Below are positions 22,973 to 37,000 of a stretch of 64,000 nucleotides of DNA, in pieces. Source of the stretch: Phyllosticta citribraziliensis (taxonomy: Eukaryota); the NCBI RefSeq assembly GCF_038025025.1, contig NW_027117345.1, positions 1,364,001-1,428,000 of the forward strand, read 5' to 3'. The position numbers and the translations under genes were made by a program. The notes beneath the pieces were generated by a model. It had not been told where the DNA came from. It saw only the letters and a list, made by a program, of their open reading frames with translations, and did not search any database. The number at the start of each line of letters is the position of its first letter. Positions within the stretch are counted from its first letter, which is position 1.

Positions 22973-25900
22973 TGTGCCTCAACACCAGCGCAAAAGACGA
23001 GCAAGGCGATCAAAGCTTCCTGGAGAGTGTGGGTGAGAGTCCAAGCCCACTCCTCGAAAAACATTGACAGCAAGGAGCTTTTATTCTCCAGGGTTGACAG
23101 GGACTCCGCAAAATGATACCCCACGTGGGCCTCAGGAAGCGCCCGAAAACTTCACCAGGTCCTACACCTTGCCCCTTGGCATGTAGCCACTCACGACGTG
23201 TACAGCGAGAAGCGATGCACTCATTTTCTGAAAAGGGAAGATGTCACGTCGCTTCCCCGCGTTTGCAGCTCCCTTGCACGCCCCACTCTGGGGAAGTGGG
23301 TCCAGGAAGAGGCCATCGGTCTGGGGCAACGGGCGGCTAAGACTGGATAATCCTCACAGGAAACGTCAGTCCCCAGAATTTCTCGGCCCAAGGGGTCTGC
23401 GATTGAAGAGGCTCTGGCTAACAAGATTCGCGTGAAGGCTCATCCGACGGATAACGTTCGGGGATGGCGCAATTACCAGCGGGGCAGTTCCGGAGCTACC
23501 AGTCAATGACCTTGGCTTCCTGCGGCTCCATGTATACCGTTCCCAAACGATTCGGACACCTCGCATAGCACACTTCCAGTCACACAGGTGTGTAATACAA
23601 ACGAAGATGAATTGTTCCAGCTATATGGCCGCCAATGATAAAACGAACTCTTATCGGGCGCTCATGACGCCAGTTGACTGCACTCTCACCAGCTTGGAGC
23701 TCGAGCACTGGCGATTTTGTGGCGGGGAGTAACACCGGAGTCCCAGCGGTCCTCAACGTTCATGCAGCCAGTCGCAGGATCTTGGCGGATGGGGTAACTC
23801 AGCCTTGAGTTTTCATTGGATAATCAATGGCCAGAAGGAAAAGTAGGGCGCTTTTCCGAGCATCACGAGCCACTATATCCGCGTCGATTCCGAGGCCAAA
23901 TTTCCGCCAAGGGTCCTCGCAGGTCTTCGGGATTGGACGCAGTGAGTGGCAATCCATGTCGTCAGATGGCGTCGCATTACGTGCAGCTTGACGTTCCTTT
24001 GCTTGCATTTCCGTTGAAATACTGTGCAGACCCCTGAGGCCTTGCAGACTGCAGGCGCAGTCCGAATCTGTTTCTCTGGTTCAAACATCGGCCGACCCAC
24101 TCGTCACTGCACAAAACCCCTTATCCGCAGTTCTCATCGATTTCATTTGCAGAAGGTGTGAATGAAGAAGACCCAATTTTCCTATCCGTCTATCCGTATG
24201 TCCATCGAAAGAGCTTGGTTCTGAGCTTGGGCTGAAGCTTGGCGAGCTTGTCAGTTCTTACGTCGAGGATTGGCCTTGGAAAACTGACAATCCAACCCGC
24301 CTGCTGCAACATCTTCTCTTGTTTTGCGGATAGGGTGTGCTCTTTTGGATATCTGTAAAAGTGCTCCGCAACCAAATCGCCACCATGTCCGATCTGGAGA
24401 GTCGTTCTGGACCAGCAAAAAATGAGGTTCGAAGGTAACTCTACGCCCAGATCATGGCGTTGACTTGGCTTGTCGAGATCATGGGATGCAGGATGTGAAT
24501 TGATCTCGGCTTACTTTGTGGAAAGGTTTGGTCCTTGGCAGCTGGGGAAGACATAGCCAGGTTCAACCTCTTCACTCAGGTCCTTCGGCCGGAAAAGAGA
24601 GCAAGACTACTCCATGATATTCTGCGGCGCAGCTTGACGGCTCGAATCGTCGGCTGATACCTCCATTTCGCAGTTCGTTGCAAAGTTCCTGGCCCCTCTC
24701 GGGAATGAACCCATACACCTCCCCGTCAGTAGCTCATGGCTCACAGTCAAAGGTCTTTCTGGGGAAATCGGATTGAGATCCAGTCACTGTGGTAAAACAC
24801 TGATCGAAAAGAGAACTTCGGCAGCGAGAAAGCGGTAAGTGAAGCCTCTCAAAGTAGGCAGATAGGTCAGACGTGGGAGTTCGGTGGTGTCCCAGCGCCG
24901 TTCGAAGCGCCAGCACGTCCTGCTTGGGGACGTTCTTTTCATCTTCAGCCTCGCTCTCATTCCTGACCAAGACAGTAAGATGAGCAGCGCAGTCGTCGCG
25001 TATTCACAACTGCGCCCCTCCGACGCATCTACCTCCTCCACTTTGTTCGCAACTGTCTAAAAGGTTATCCACAGTCCTTCTCCAATCGCTGGTAATGTCA
25101 TACCGAAGCCTGTGCTCTGATTTGCCAATATCTTGGCAGACTGTCAACGCCATCAGTCCCACACTCTTCTCCATTTGCGAAGTTCGTCCTGGAGAGCTAT
25201 CCATCTGTTTTCCACCATTGGATTCTACCATCATCCTACCAAATTTTGGTGGTTGAGCTTCAACAAAATGCTGGTTCTACCAAAATCATCCGATGCCGAA
25301 ACCGGAGTCGGGAACCACGCAGAACTTGCAAGTTTCATGAGTCGTCGCTGGATCTTTCCAGAGTTTTGCGCCAATCAACAATCACTTACCATCATCTTTC
25401 GATGCTGGAAATTTCCCTGCGACTCGTGTAGAAGCCAGTGTCTTCCTCATGTGACGCTGTGTCTCTGAGTCCTCGCCCATACAGTCCTTTGGTTGAAATG
25501 TTCTCCTATGATCAACAAGTTCGACGCTTTCGGCGAGGCATAAGGTGGGTAAAGAAACAAAGGTCATTGGAGCGACCAACGGGTTCCTGTTTGCTGCTTC
25601 CTCAATTCACGCCGCAGTGGACCCTGGACACTGTTTGTTCTGGCCAGCCCTACGCTAAATACCCGATCCCTGTTGTTGTTCGCGCCGATCTCCTACGAAT
25701 CCTCTGCGCCACAGAATTGTTTGTACTGTCTTGCCAAAACTGGAGCGACTTTCCTCAAAAGATTCGGAATGCGGAAACTTCGGGGCTCGGGTCTTCTTGG
25801 CCGTCTAGACACGTTCGTCTTGGCTCTACAGACACGTCCTTTTGCCGCGCGGCCTCGTTGAACGTGTACCTCTTCGATGGCGGAGCAGGGAGGCTCATTC

Positions 25901-26676
25901 GCAACATTCGACTTTGCGGGACGTCTTTGCGTCGCCCTGGTCTCTCGAAGAACTGGTGTCAAGATAACAACCACCAAGTTGGTCTGGTCTGGCCGCCGAC
26001 ATCTGTGCGCAGGGAGAAGCCGCCGAACGCCACCGTTTCCAGGCCTTCTGTCTGCGACGTTTCACTGTCTCCTCGCTTTTGCAGAAACGAAGATAACTCG
26101 AATCTCGAAACGCATCCCTTCGTTGTTTCCCTCGACAGTGCCACAGGGCAAGCGGATTCCTGCAGACATGGAGTGTGAGCAGAGCGGGGCGTGCAGAGGA
26201 CCACCGCGACTCAACACCAGCCACGCTCCGACCTGGCTCGGCTATCTCCATCTTTGTGTCTGATCCCGCCGGACCCACAGACCATTTTGTGCGCCTGTGG
26301 GTCGTCCTCTGAGGTTGATGCGCAAGCAACTCGTAGGGAGTTTTCGACGTTCCGATCCCGCACGTCTAATGGGGCGTCCGTGAGCTTCGCAACGCTGTAT
26401 GGTGCAGCGGGTCTAGAAAGATCATGAATCGAACGTCAACAGCCTGCGAATGCGCTCTATATAAGGCGCCCAGCAGCTGTTCTACAGGCTGGTTTCTAGG
26501 ACTCCGCTGCCCGGTCTGGAAATTAGTTGAAGGAAAAGCTGTCAGCGAGCTCCTTTGCTTCTTTTCTTTAAACAATTGTTCCCCGAGTTCTTTCTGGGGT
26601 GTGCACGACGTCCGTCGAAAAATCCTGTAGGGTAGACTCGCGCCGAGGGTGAATTGGCTTTTCAACACTGCTCATC

Positions 26677-28149
26677 ATGAAGCTTCTCTCAGTCGCGGTT
26701 GGGCTCTTCTCTCTGGTTCCCCTCGTTGCGTCAACATGTAGCGACCCAGTAATACGCAAAGAATGGTACGTCTGCCTGAATGTACAAGACATCAATAGCT
26801 AACCTCCAATCGTCAGGAGAGCTCTGAACACGACAGAGAGAAAATCTTACATCGGAGCGGTGAAGTGCCTTCAATCGAAGCAGGGGATCAGCAGTTCGAT
26901 CTTCGCCGGAGTACGCTCTCGTTACGACGACTTCGTGGCCGCTCACATCAATGAGACTGATTATGTCCACTTTGTCGTACGTGCACCCGTGATGACAAGG
27001 GGAGCTTCAGATACTGATGTCGGACCTCTGTACAGGGACACTTTCACGCGTAAGAATTGGACCCAGATCAGTAGATCACCGAAACAGGCAACTGATGACT
27101 TTTGCGAAGATGGCATCGATACTACCTGGCCCAGTACGAGGTAGCATTGCGAGACGAGTGTGGTTGGGCAGGGGGCCAACCGTAAGTGTTTGCGCTTCTT
27201 CCCGTGACGAAATGCTAATTGCAATCAGATACTGGGGTACGTGGAATTGTCTTTTCTTGGAAGTCGTCAGTATCGAGGGCTAACAAGTCCATTTTGTATT
27301 TGTAGACTGGACCTTGGACGCTACGCCGGACACTTTTCTCAACTCTCCTGTCTTCGACAATGTGACGGGCTTCGGCGGAAACGGGTACTACATCGACACG
27401 GCCAACGACGCTAGCGTGGATATACACGTCCCAGGAAAACTTGGAGGAGGTACTTAAGCTCCGTCGTTTCCAGTCCTTCTCCGTGACAAGAGAGCTGACT
27501 GACACAACACGCACAGGCTGCGTCAAGGACGGTCCGTTTGTCAACTACACAGTCACCATGGGACCGAACAGTACGTACTTTAACCATCCAAATAGCAAGC
27601 TCCTTGCGAACTGAAGCTGACGCCACACTGCCCACAGACTCCACTGCCTACAACCCGCGCTGTATGACACGAGACATTGCGCCAGGCTTCGCATCCGCCA
27701 AGCTCAACTCGACCATGGTGGAGTGGACGCTATCAGCAGACAACTATCTCGACTTCGACATCCGCGCCGAAGGCGACGTCTCGATTGCTGGCATGACGTA
27801 CCACGCAGGCGGCCACAAGGGGGTTGGCGGCGACACAGGCATCATCGCCGACCTGTACGCGTCGCCGTCGGACCCTCTCTTCTTTCTGCACCACGCCAAC
27901 ATGGACCGAGTGTGGTGGACGTGGCAAAGCGCCGACGTTGACGCGCGCCTCTACCAGGTGCAAGGCCCCGACACCAAGTTTGCGTATCCCTTTGACTTTT
28001 ACGGCGACGTCGCGTATCGCAATGTTACGCTGGCATATGAGATGCATGTTGGCTCCTTGGCGTCGAATGGTCCAGAATGGATTAGGATTGGCGAGGTCAT
28101 GGATACGAAGGGCGGAAAGCTGTGTTATTCTTTTGACAAGACAGCGTGA
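26677..28149 (+). CDS. Secreted tyrosinase-like di-copper protein (8 exons: 26677-26765, 26817-26976, 27036-27049, 27110-27181, 27229-27236, 27306-27449, 27517-27570, 27638-28149)
   Basis: Signal peptide MKLLSVAVGLFSLVPLVA; IRKEW|R; CuA region YDDFVAAH...VHFV|GHFHA|WHR; QP|YW|DW; GFGGNG; GG|CVKDGPF; CuB region HAGGH...SPSDPLFFLHHANMDRVW. Confidence 0.9.
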
Positions 28150-29562
28150 AAAGCGAGGAGAACGGCGAGAGCTGCTGGTGCAAATGTTTGCAATTGAACG
28201 TGGACTTTGGATGAAGAGACGTGGAAAGGATTAGACTGGCCAAGAAATGATAACGGCTTTGAGATTTTCTCGACTCCCGTTGGATCAGGACGACTGGACC
28301 GCGGTAGAGAAGCCAAGGCTTTGAGGTGATTGAAAAGCAATCCAAGACGGGAGTTCTCTATTCCTTCCACGTGGGCGCATGATCAGGTCGTGATACCTAC
28401 CATTCTGGCCGACAGGCAGAGCAGCAGAGCGAGGGCAAGGCATTCCGCTCTGAACTCGCGGGCTGCCGGAGACCTTGAGCTGTGATTACTACGGCGAAAG
28501 TTGAGTAGTAGGCTAGGAATTCGGGTTGGCTGCAAGACGAGATGCAGGTGTTGACGGAAAGAGATAGTATATCGCGAGATGATTACTCGTCAACGAGAAG
28601 CTTGTAGGAATGGTTGGAGGGGTATCATGAGTCGATGTCTTCTTGATTCCGAAATAGGGAAAGCGCGTGGGAGAGGCATCAAGTCCCGGCCGTACCGCCG
28701 GACAGCTCATGCACCAAACTCTCGAAGTTCTTGCCACTGCTATTGCTCTCGGTCCGTCGAAATGAGCGACATGGGCGTCTGGCGCTGCCATTGAGCTGTC
28801 GCTCGCGTCAGCTGGCTTTTGAGGCAGCAGTTGAGTGCGAATCCTTCCGTCGAGCTGCGCTCCAATGACACGCCTCCGAACGGCGTTACGCAAGCGCAGG
28901 GCTTAACGACACAAACAAGGCGCCGTGTCTTTGCGCCTCGCCCGCGCACTCGGTCGACCAAAGCAGATGCTGTGGTCTGATGTCTCGAGAGACGGGAGGA
29001 TATGAGCGGTGGATAGCAGGCGTTCCTAGGCCGCCTTTGACGCGTTGGACAGCCCTGTGCGCACGAAGCCGACGGCAGCTGGAGGCTGTTTCGCCAAGAA
29101 GACGCGACGATGATCTTTGAGTCGCTGGAATCCAAAGGGCAGCAGGGAGCAGACGGAGCAGAGTGGTCTGAAAAGGCCGTTGATGATGGCATGCGCAGGA
29201 CACAAGCAAATCCCGGACGAAACGGATCGGGAGTGGCGCACCTCACCTCTCGTCCGGACGGCATCCCCATTCGCCTCGGCTCCCGTGTACTCTGAAGCGG
29301 GCGCTTCTTGGTGGTGGCTTGGTGAATGGTCGGGTTGTTCTTCTGACTGTTTCAGCGACCAAGTGGGCAAGATATGCGACTAGGTACCGGCACGCTCTCT
29401 TACCGACACCGCCTCGCCCACTCCCTCCGCCCCCAACCAACCACTTGACACCCTTCGTAAGCGGCAACCTGTGCGAACTGCTACTACATGAAAACTCACT
29501 TTCCTGGCCGCGGCTAACCACTCCAACTCGTTCAACGCGTTTCGACATTTCCACCACCCAAC

Positions 29563-31240
29563 ATGGCGCCAACGTTAACACTGGCAGCTGTGTCGTTGGC
29601 CGAAAGCGCCCTGCTTGGCCGCTATGCTTCGCCAGCTTATTCTTTGCATGACTCGGCCGTCACACGAGCATTGATCCTTTTCGCCGTACATACGTTGGCT
29701 TGGTTTACTTGGTCGGTGGCGATATATCCGCACTATGTCAGCCCATTGCGCAAACTGCCCCAGCCAGAGGTACTCCCCCTAGCGAGCCTATTCGTAGGCA
29801 AGAATCGCTAATGGTTTTTTCAAGGGCGGCTCCTTTTTGATGGGTCATTTTACCCGAATCAGGAAAGAACCCACTGGATGGCCACACAAGGAGTGGGTAA
29901 GAAATGTGCCCAACGACGGAGTCTTCTATTATAGGTTTGCGCTCAACGCGCCACGTGTTTCTGTGACCACCCCCAAAGGTCTCGCAGAGGTCTTGGTGCA
30001 CAAAAACTACGACTTTGTCAAGCCTCAAAACGTTCGCCACGGGCTCGGTCGTATCCTTGGGATCGGAGTTCTGCTGGCCGAAGGCGATGAACACAAAAGA
30101 CAGCGACGGCTTCTCATGCCGGCCTTCTCTTTCCGTCATGTCAAGGATCTTTACCGCGTCTTCTGGAGCAGGGCTAGCGAGTGCACCCAGGCCATGACCG
30201 CGGCCCTCGAGAGCCAAGGCGATGACCACGTCCTCAACTTGCAGAGCTGGGCGTCGAGAACCACTCTTGACATTATTGGAGCTGCGGGCATGGGGCAGGA
30301 TTTCCACGCCATTGAAAACCCGGATAACGAACTCAACGTCACGTACAAGAAGATTTTCAGTCCAAACAAAGTGGCCGCTACCCTGGCGCTGCTTGGAAAT
30401 TTCGTGCCCTTGGCCCTGTTGCGTTTGCTCCCCATCAAGAGGAACTTCGAGATAGAAGGCGCGGCCCAGACAATTAAGCGCGTTTGTCTTGACTTGATTC
30501 GTCAGAAGAAGCAAAAGATGGAAAAGGGAGAGCGCGTCGATGTCGACATCATTTCCGTTGCTCTCGAGTCCGGCGGCTTCAGCGACGACGACCTGGTGAA
30601 TCAAATGATGACGTTCCTGGCTGCAGGCCATGAGACGACGGCGACGTCTTTGACCTGGGCGGGGTTCCTGTTGTGCCAGAAGCCAGAGGTGCAAAAGCGG
30701 TTGCGAGAGGAAGTACGTGCTCACCTTCCTTCGCCAAGGGATTCCAACTCGACCATCACCTCGAAGTACATTGACCAAATGCCGTATCTCAACGCGGTCT
30801 GCAACGAGATTCTCAGGTTGAAGCCCCCAGTGTCTGCAACGCTGCGCGTCACAGACCGCGACACGACAATCCTGGGACACCACATTCCAAAAGGCACAAC
30901 CGTCATTGTCCCTATTCTTGCCATCAATACCAATCCCAAGTTTTGGGGCGAGGATGCCGATGAATTCAACCCAGACCGATGGCTGGCGCCTGGCTGCGCC
31001 AACACGGGAGGCGCCGAGAGCAACTACGCACTCGAGACGTTCATTCATGGTCCACGAAGCTGTATTGGGTCGTCATTTGCAAAGGCCGAGCTCGCTTGCA
31101 TTCTGGCCGCGTGGGCTGGCACTTTCGAGATGGAGTTCGCCGACCCTGCGACGCCAGACAAGGTTGAGATCCAGAGTGGCGTGACGGCCAGGCCCAAAGG
31201 CGGCATGTCAGTGAAACTCAAGGCTGTGGGGGGTTGGTGA
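29563..31240 (+). CDS. Cytochrome P450 monooxygenase (exons 29563-29769, 29825-31240)
   Basis: N-terminal TM segment followed by SPLRKLPQP; AGHETT, EILR, PDRW and FIHGPRSCIG heme motif. Confidence 0.96.
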
Positions 31241-31883
31241 TTGATAATGATGTGGCCTGACCAGATGGGATGGCTTTTGGATGTGGATCAGGCAAAATAG
31301 GATTTCCATGATCTTTTGATTTTGTTGTTCTTAGGCAATATAGCGGCTTGGTGGACGCGTTCTTGGACAGCGCGCTCTGGAATAAAAATTGGCATCAAAC
31401 ACGGCGTCCATCGAGATTTTGCACATTGTGGAATCTTCATCACGTCGAGCAGTCGGCTCTGACGCGAAGCAGATGGTGTGTCAGTGCGACAACGGATTCA
31501 ATGCTGCACCAAAGGTCCACCTGCTTATAAAGCACGCTGCTCCAACGGGTAAGGTCGCGCAACCGTGCGCTGAGAGCTACCCCTCCACGCGTTGGGCATC
31601 TCCCAATCGCATGTCAACTACGCAATACGACCACAACGGTGCTTTGGCTTTCGACGCTATTCCAGGGCGGGCGTTTGAGACTCCAGTTCTTTAGCCTCCA
31701 TCCACCCGGTGTGCCATCCGACTGGTCTCACTGCATGCCGGAGTCGTCTGCCTCTATCAATTGCCGACCATGATTTATCAGCCAGATGCACATCATAGCT
31801 CGGCAAGAGCACTACTATAAAGCTCCTTCTCTCCTGTGGCTTTCTTCTCCTTCACGCCAAACTCCAATTCCTTCATCAACACA

Positions 31884-33459
<1,576 letters not shown>

Positions 33460-34032
33460 ACTAAGACACAGACGGGAGGGAGACTGTGTGATAGAGAAAA
33501 ATTCATGACTTCTTGATGACAAACTCTCTTCATGGATGCAGCCAGCTACACTTGCACAGGCAGTGACACAATGTCTAGATATCCACTTGATGAGTCAATA
33601 ACCGATCAAGCGGCTACATGAAAGACCGCTTAACCGGTTTCATGGCCGATCAACCGGTTACCCGAGGTCTATGTGGAGCAACGGTCCCATTACACGTCGG
33701 TCGGTCCTCTATATACAGCCTTGTCCACCAGGTGTGCTTACATTGTTCCCTGCCCGACTGTAATCCCTGTATATCTTTTTCTTCCTCTGCAACTTTTGTC
33801 TGCAATGCCGTGTTCAAAAGAACGACAGCGCGCTTCTCCCCTTGACCCACTTTTGAACGCCTCGCACGCGGCAGCCTCTCCGAGCTTTTCTCTTCCCATA
33901 GCCACAAGTAACAAGCAAAGAGAGGGGAGAAGAGACGAGAAAATCCGTTACCAAGTACGTTCCCATATTGCTCCGCGGTGATGGCAGCGCTCAATAAAAT
34001 CAATTGAGGACTTAGTCTTTGCCGCCAAGGTC

Positions 34033-37000
34033 CTAATTCTTACTCGGCTGGAACCACTTCACGCCCTCAAGGCCCAGCGCCTTTTCCGTCTCCTTGAGCT
34101 TCTCGACGCTGACGCCCAGCTCCTTTGCCTTTGCCTCGTCGATGCTATCGGTCTCAATGAGCGATTTTTCGTTCACCAGGCGATATCCCGCTAGCATCTC
34201 TTCCTGGCGGCGACGTTCCGCTAACCTGCGCCTCTCGTCCTCCTGTTCTTGACTTTCTCTGTGTTCGTTCTTTTGCCTCTTCTTTTCATCCTTTTTTCTC
34301 TTCTTTTCCCCTTTTTTGGCTTCCTTCTCCTCCATCTCCTTGGCCTTCTTTGCCTCCTTTCTGGTCCTCTTCTCCTCCTGTAGCCTCATCTTTTCTCCTT
34401 CTTCGTCGTGCTCATCCTCTCTGCTCTCCTTGTTCAGGAGCCCTGTGAAGGGCTTGTCGTCTTTCTCCTCCGCCTTCCTCTTGGCCTTCTTTTCCTCCTT
34501 CCTGATCTTCTTCTCCTCCTGTAGCCACATGTTTTCCTCTTCGTCATGCTCATCCTCTCTGCTCTCCTTGTTCAGGAGCCCTGTGAAGGGCTTGTCGTCT
34601 TTCTTTTCCGCCTTCCTCTTGGCCTTCTTTTCCTCCTTCCTGATCTTCTTCTCCTCCTGTAGCCACATGTTTTCCTCTTCGTCGTGCTCATCCTCTCTGC
34701 TCTCCTTGTTCAGGAGCCCAATGAAGGGCTTGTCGTCTTCCTCGCGCTCCACCCTGCTGCTCTCCTTCTTAGGAGGCTTTGCGAGGGGCTCAGCGTCCAC
34801 GTCGCGCTCCTCCTGCTGCTGCGGAGGCTCTTCGTTTTCGGTCTTGATTCTGCCATTGTCGTTGCCATTGCCATCACCCTTGCCCGACAGCGCCGCCTCA
34901 TTGTAGTCCTGGCTCTCGACGTCGTCGAACTCGCGGCGGCTGCGCACGGAATACCGAACATGCGTGTTCATCTCGGCAGCCGGCGTCTTGAAGCCGTTGG
35001 GATGATGAACGTCGCCGTTCTTGTCGTCAGAGTCCTTGTCGCTGTGGTATTTTTTGATGCGCAGCATCTTTTCGAAGGGCCGCAAGTCCTCCTGCGCTTC
35101 AAACGCCGCCAAGGGGTTATTGTCGTCCTCGTTGTTGGCTTCTGGTTGAGCGGCGGTGGCCATGGGTTTGGGAGCACGCATGTAGCTGCGGCGCAGGTGC
35201 GCAATGAGCGAGTTGAGGTCCTCCATTTCCTCGACCGAGTCGGGGACGGTGGCGATGGCGATGTCGTCATCTTCAGTCGACTGCTGCTCGCTGGTTGCAC
35301 TCTTGACGAGGCCGGTTTGTTGTGCTGGAGCCGCTGCCAGGCTGCCCTTGACGTCGAGTTCAGATTCCACCATCAACTTGGCCTCGTTCCAGTCGAGTTC
35401 CTCGATGTTGACTCCTTCTTGCTGCAGTAGTCTCTCGACGTGCTTTTTGACACGAGGATGGGCGTTCTTCATGTACTTCAGGATGGGGGTCCTCATCCAC
35501 CTCAAGAAGTACATGGCGTAGTCAGCGTCGAAGCCCGCGTCGACCATCGTTCTGAAAGCAATCTTCCAGTTCTTGCGCTTGGGAACGAGGTTTTCTTTCA
35601 GCGCAATCTCTTGGCCGCTATATCTGCCGAGCGTCTGCGGGTGGGGCTCCTTCAGCTGGAAGCCCGCGCGACGAAGCAGCCAGCCCGCCTCGACCCAGGT
35701 GCCCGTTTTGCCGCCTGACTTGAGCACCACGCGGCTGTTTCCAAGCACCATGTGCTTGTCGACTGCTTTGCACATATCGTAGACTGTGAGGGCCGCAGCG
35801 TTTGCGGCAACAAGCGCCTCCATTTCGACGCCCGTTGCCGTGATACTTTCGCAGCGTGCAGTGAGGAAGATGGCGCCATTGGGGAAGTCTCCATGGTCGA
35901 GAGGAATCTCCAAATTTTGCCTGGTGCCCATAGACCACTGCGGCTTTGGAGTCTTCGTCTCAGCAGAAGAGCCATTCGCAGTCTGGGACTCAGAATTCGA
36001 GGGGGTGGGAGGGATTTCAGTTCCGGCGGCTGCACCTGAGTCAGACTCCATAGCAGCAGAGCCTTCCGAAGCCACTTCAGAAGTTTCGCTCACTGACTCA
36101 TCGCTACCATTCGAGGATTCTTGAGAGTCCGAGCTCGACTTTTCAAGCCACTCGGCAGCCGGCTGGTCCTCATCCTCTGCTTGCTCCTCAGACTTCACAG
36201 GAGGAAGGACAAGCTTGACTTCGACCTCCGCGCCCGTCAAGACAATGTTGTGGCACAGCGGAACCAGATTAGGCGTTTGCTTGGCGGCCATGATGCCGGC
36301 AATGCGGGCGGTGCTTAGCACGTCCCCCTTTTTCATCTTGTACCTCCTGATCAAGTTTGCTACATGGGGATGTGAGAAGCGCACAGTGCTGATGGCAAAG
36401 GCAACGCGACGTGTATCGGCCTTGTTAGATATGTTGACCATGTGGGCTTCACCGGCGTCGTTGACGTGTGTGAGCCGACTGTTCTGCTGGCCCTGTTGCT
36501 CGGGCTGCTGGTTGCCCTCGGAGGCTTGATTGATCATCTTTGGGCCAGACGCAGCAACCTTTTCGTGCTTGAAGTGCTGCCAGGCGCCGGAGACTGTGTG
36601 AAAGCCTTTGGAATCGTAAGGACGCCGAATCCCACTGAGTTGGTCTCGCTTTTGCTGAGTAACAGCTCCTTGATGATGCCAGGGGCGCTGTGGTTGTTTC
36701 GTGCTTCTTGAGTGTTTGGCCACATTTTTGTCGAACTTTCTGTCCAAGTTCTTCTCCAATTCATCAAGCGGTTGCTTCTCTTTTTCTGATGTGATGTCTG
36801 TGGGGTTCTTTTTTGCGTCGGCTTCAGCAAGTCTCTTGGCAATCCAAGCCTGCGTTTGATCAAGCGCTGAATTATCAAATCCCTGTATCTTCTGTTTACG
36901 ATGTTTCTGAAATGCGCTCTCGCCATCGCGTTTGTTCGAGGAAGGTGGCACTCTTCCGTCGTCTTCATCTCCGTACAAGACGCGGTCGCTGAAATCAGGC

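Noticed and set aside
25438..26178. 246-aa plus-strand ORF
   Set aside because: Non-ATG start, no motif, and Arg/Ser/Cys-rich composition typical of spurious frames.
29738..31048. 436-aa antisense ORF over the P450 (and similar antisense ORFs over MoaA, TOM70, DUS1 and PKA-R)
   Set aside because: Shadow frames caused by GC-biased codon usage of the real gene; no recognisable motifs.
34321..34737. 138-bp repeats as a CRISPR-like array or Kex2-processed peptide precursor
   Set aside because: The units are contiguous with no spacers, in frame inside the MoaC ORF, and there is no signal peptide.
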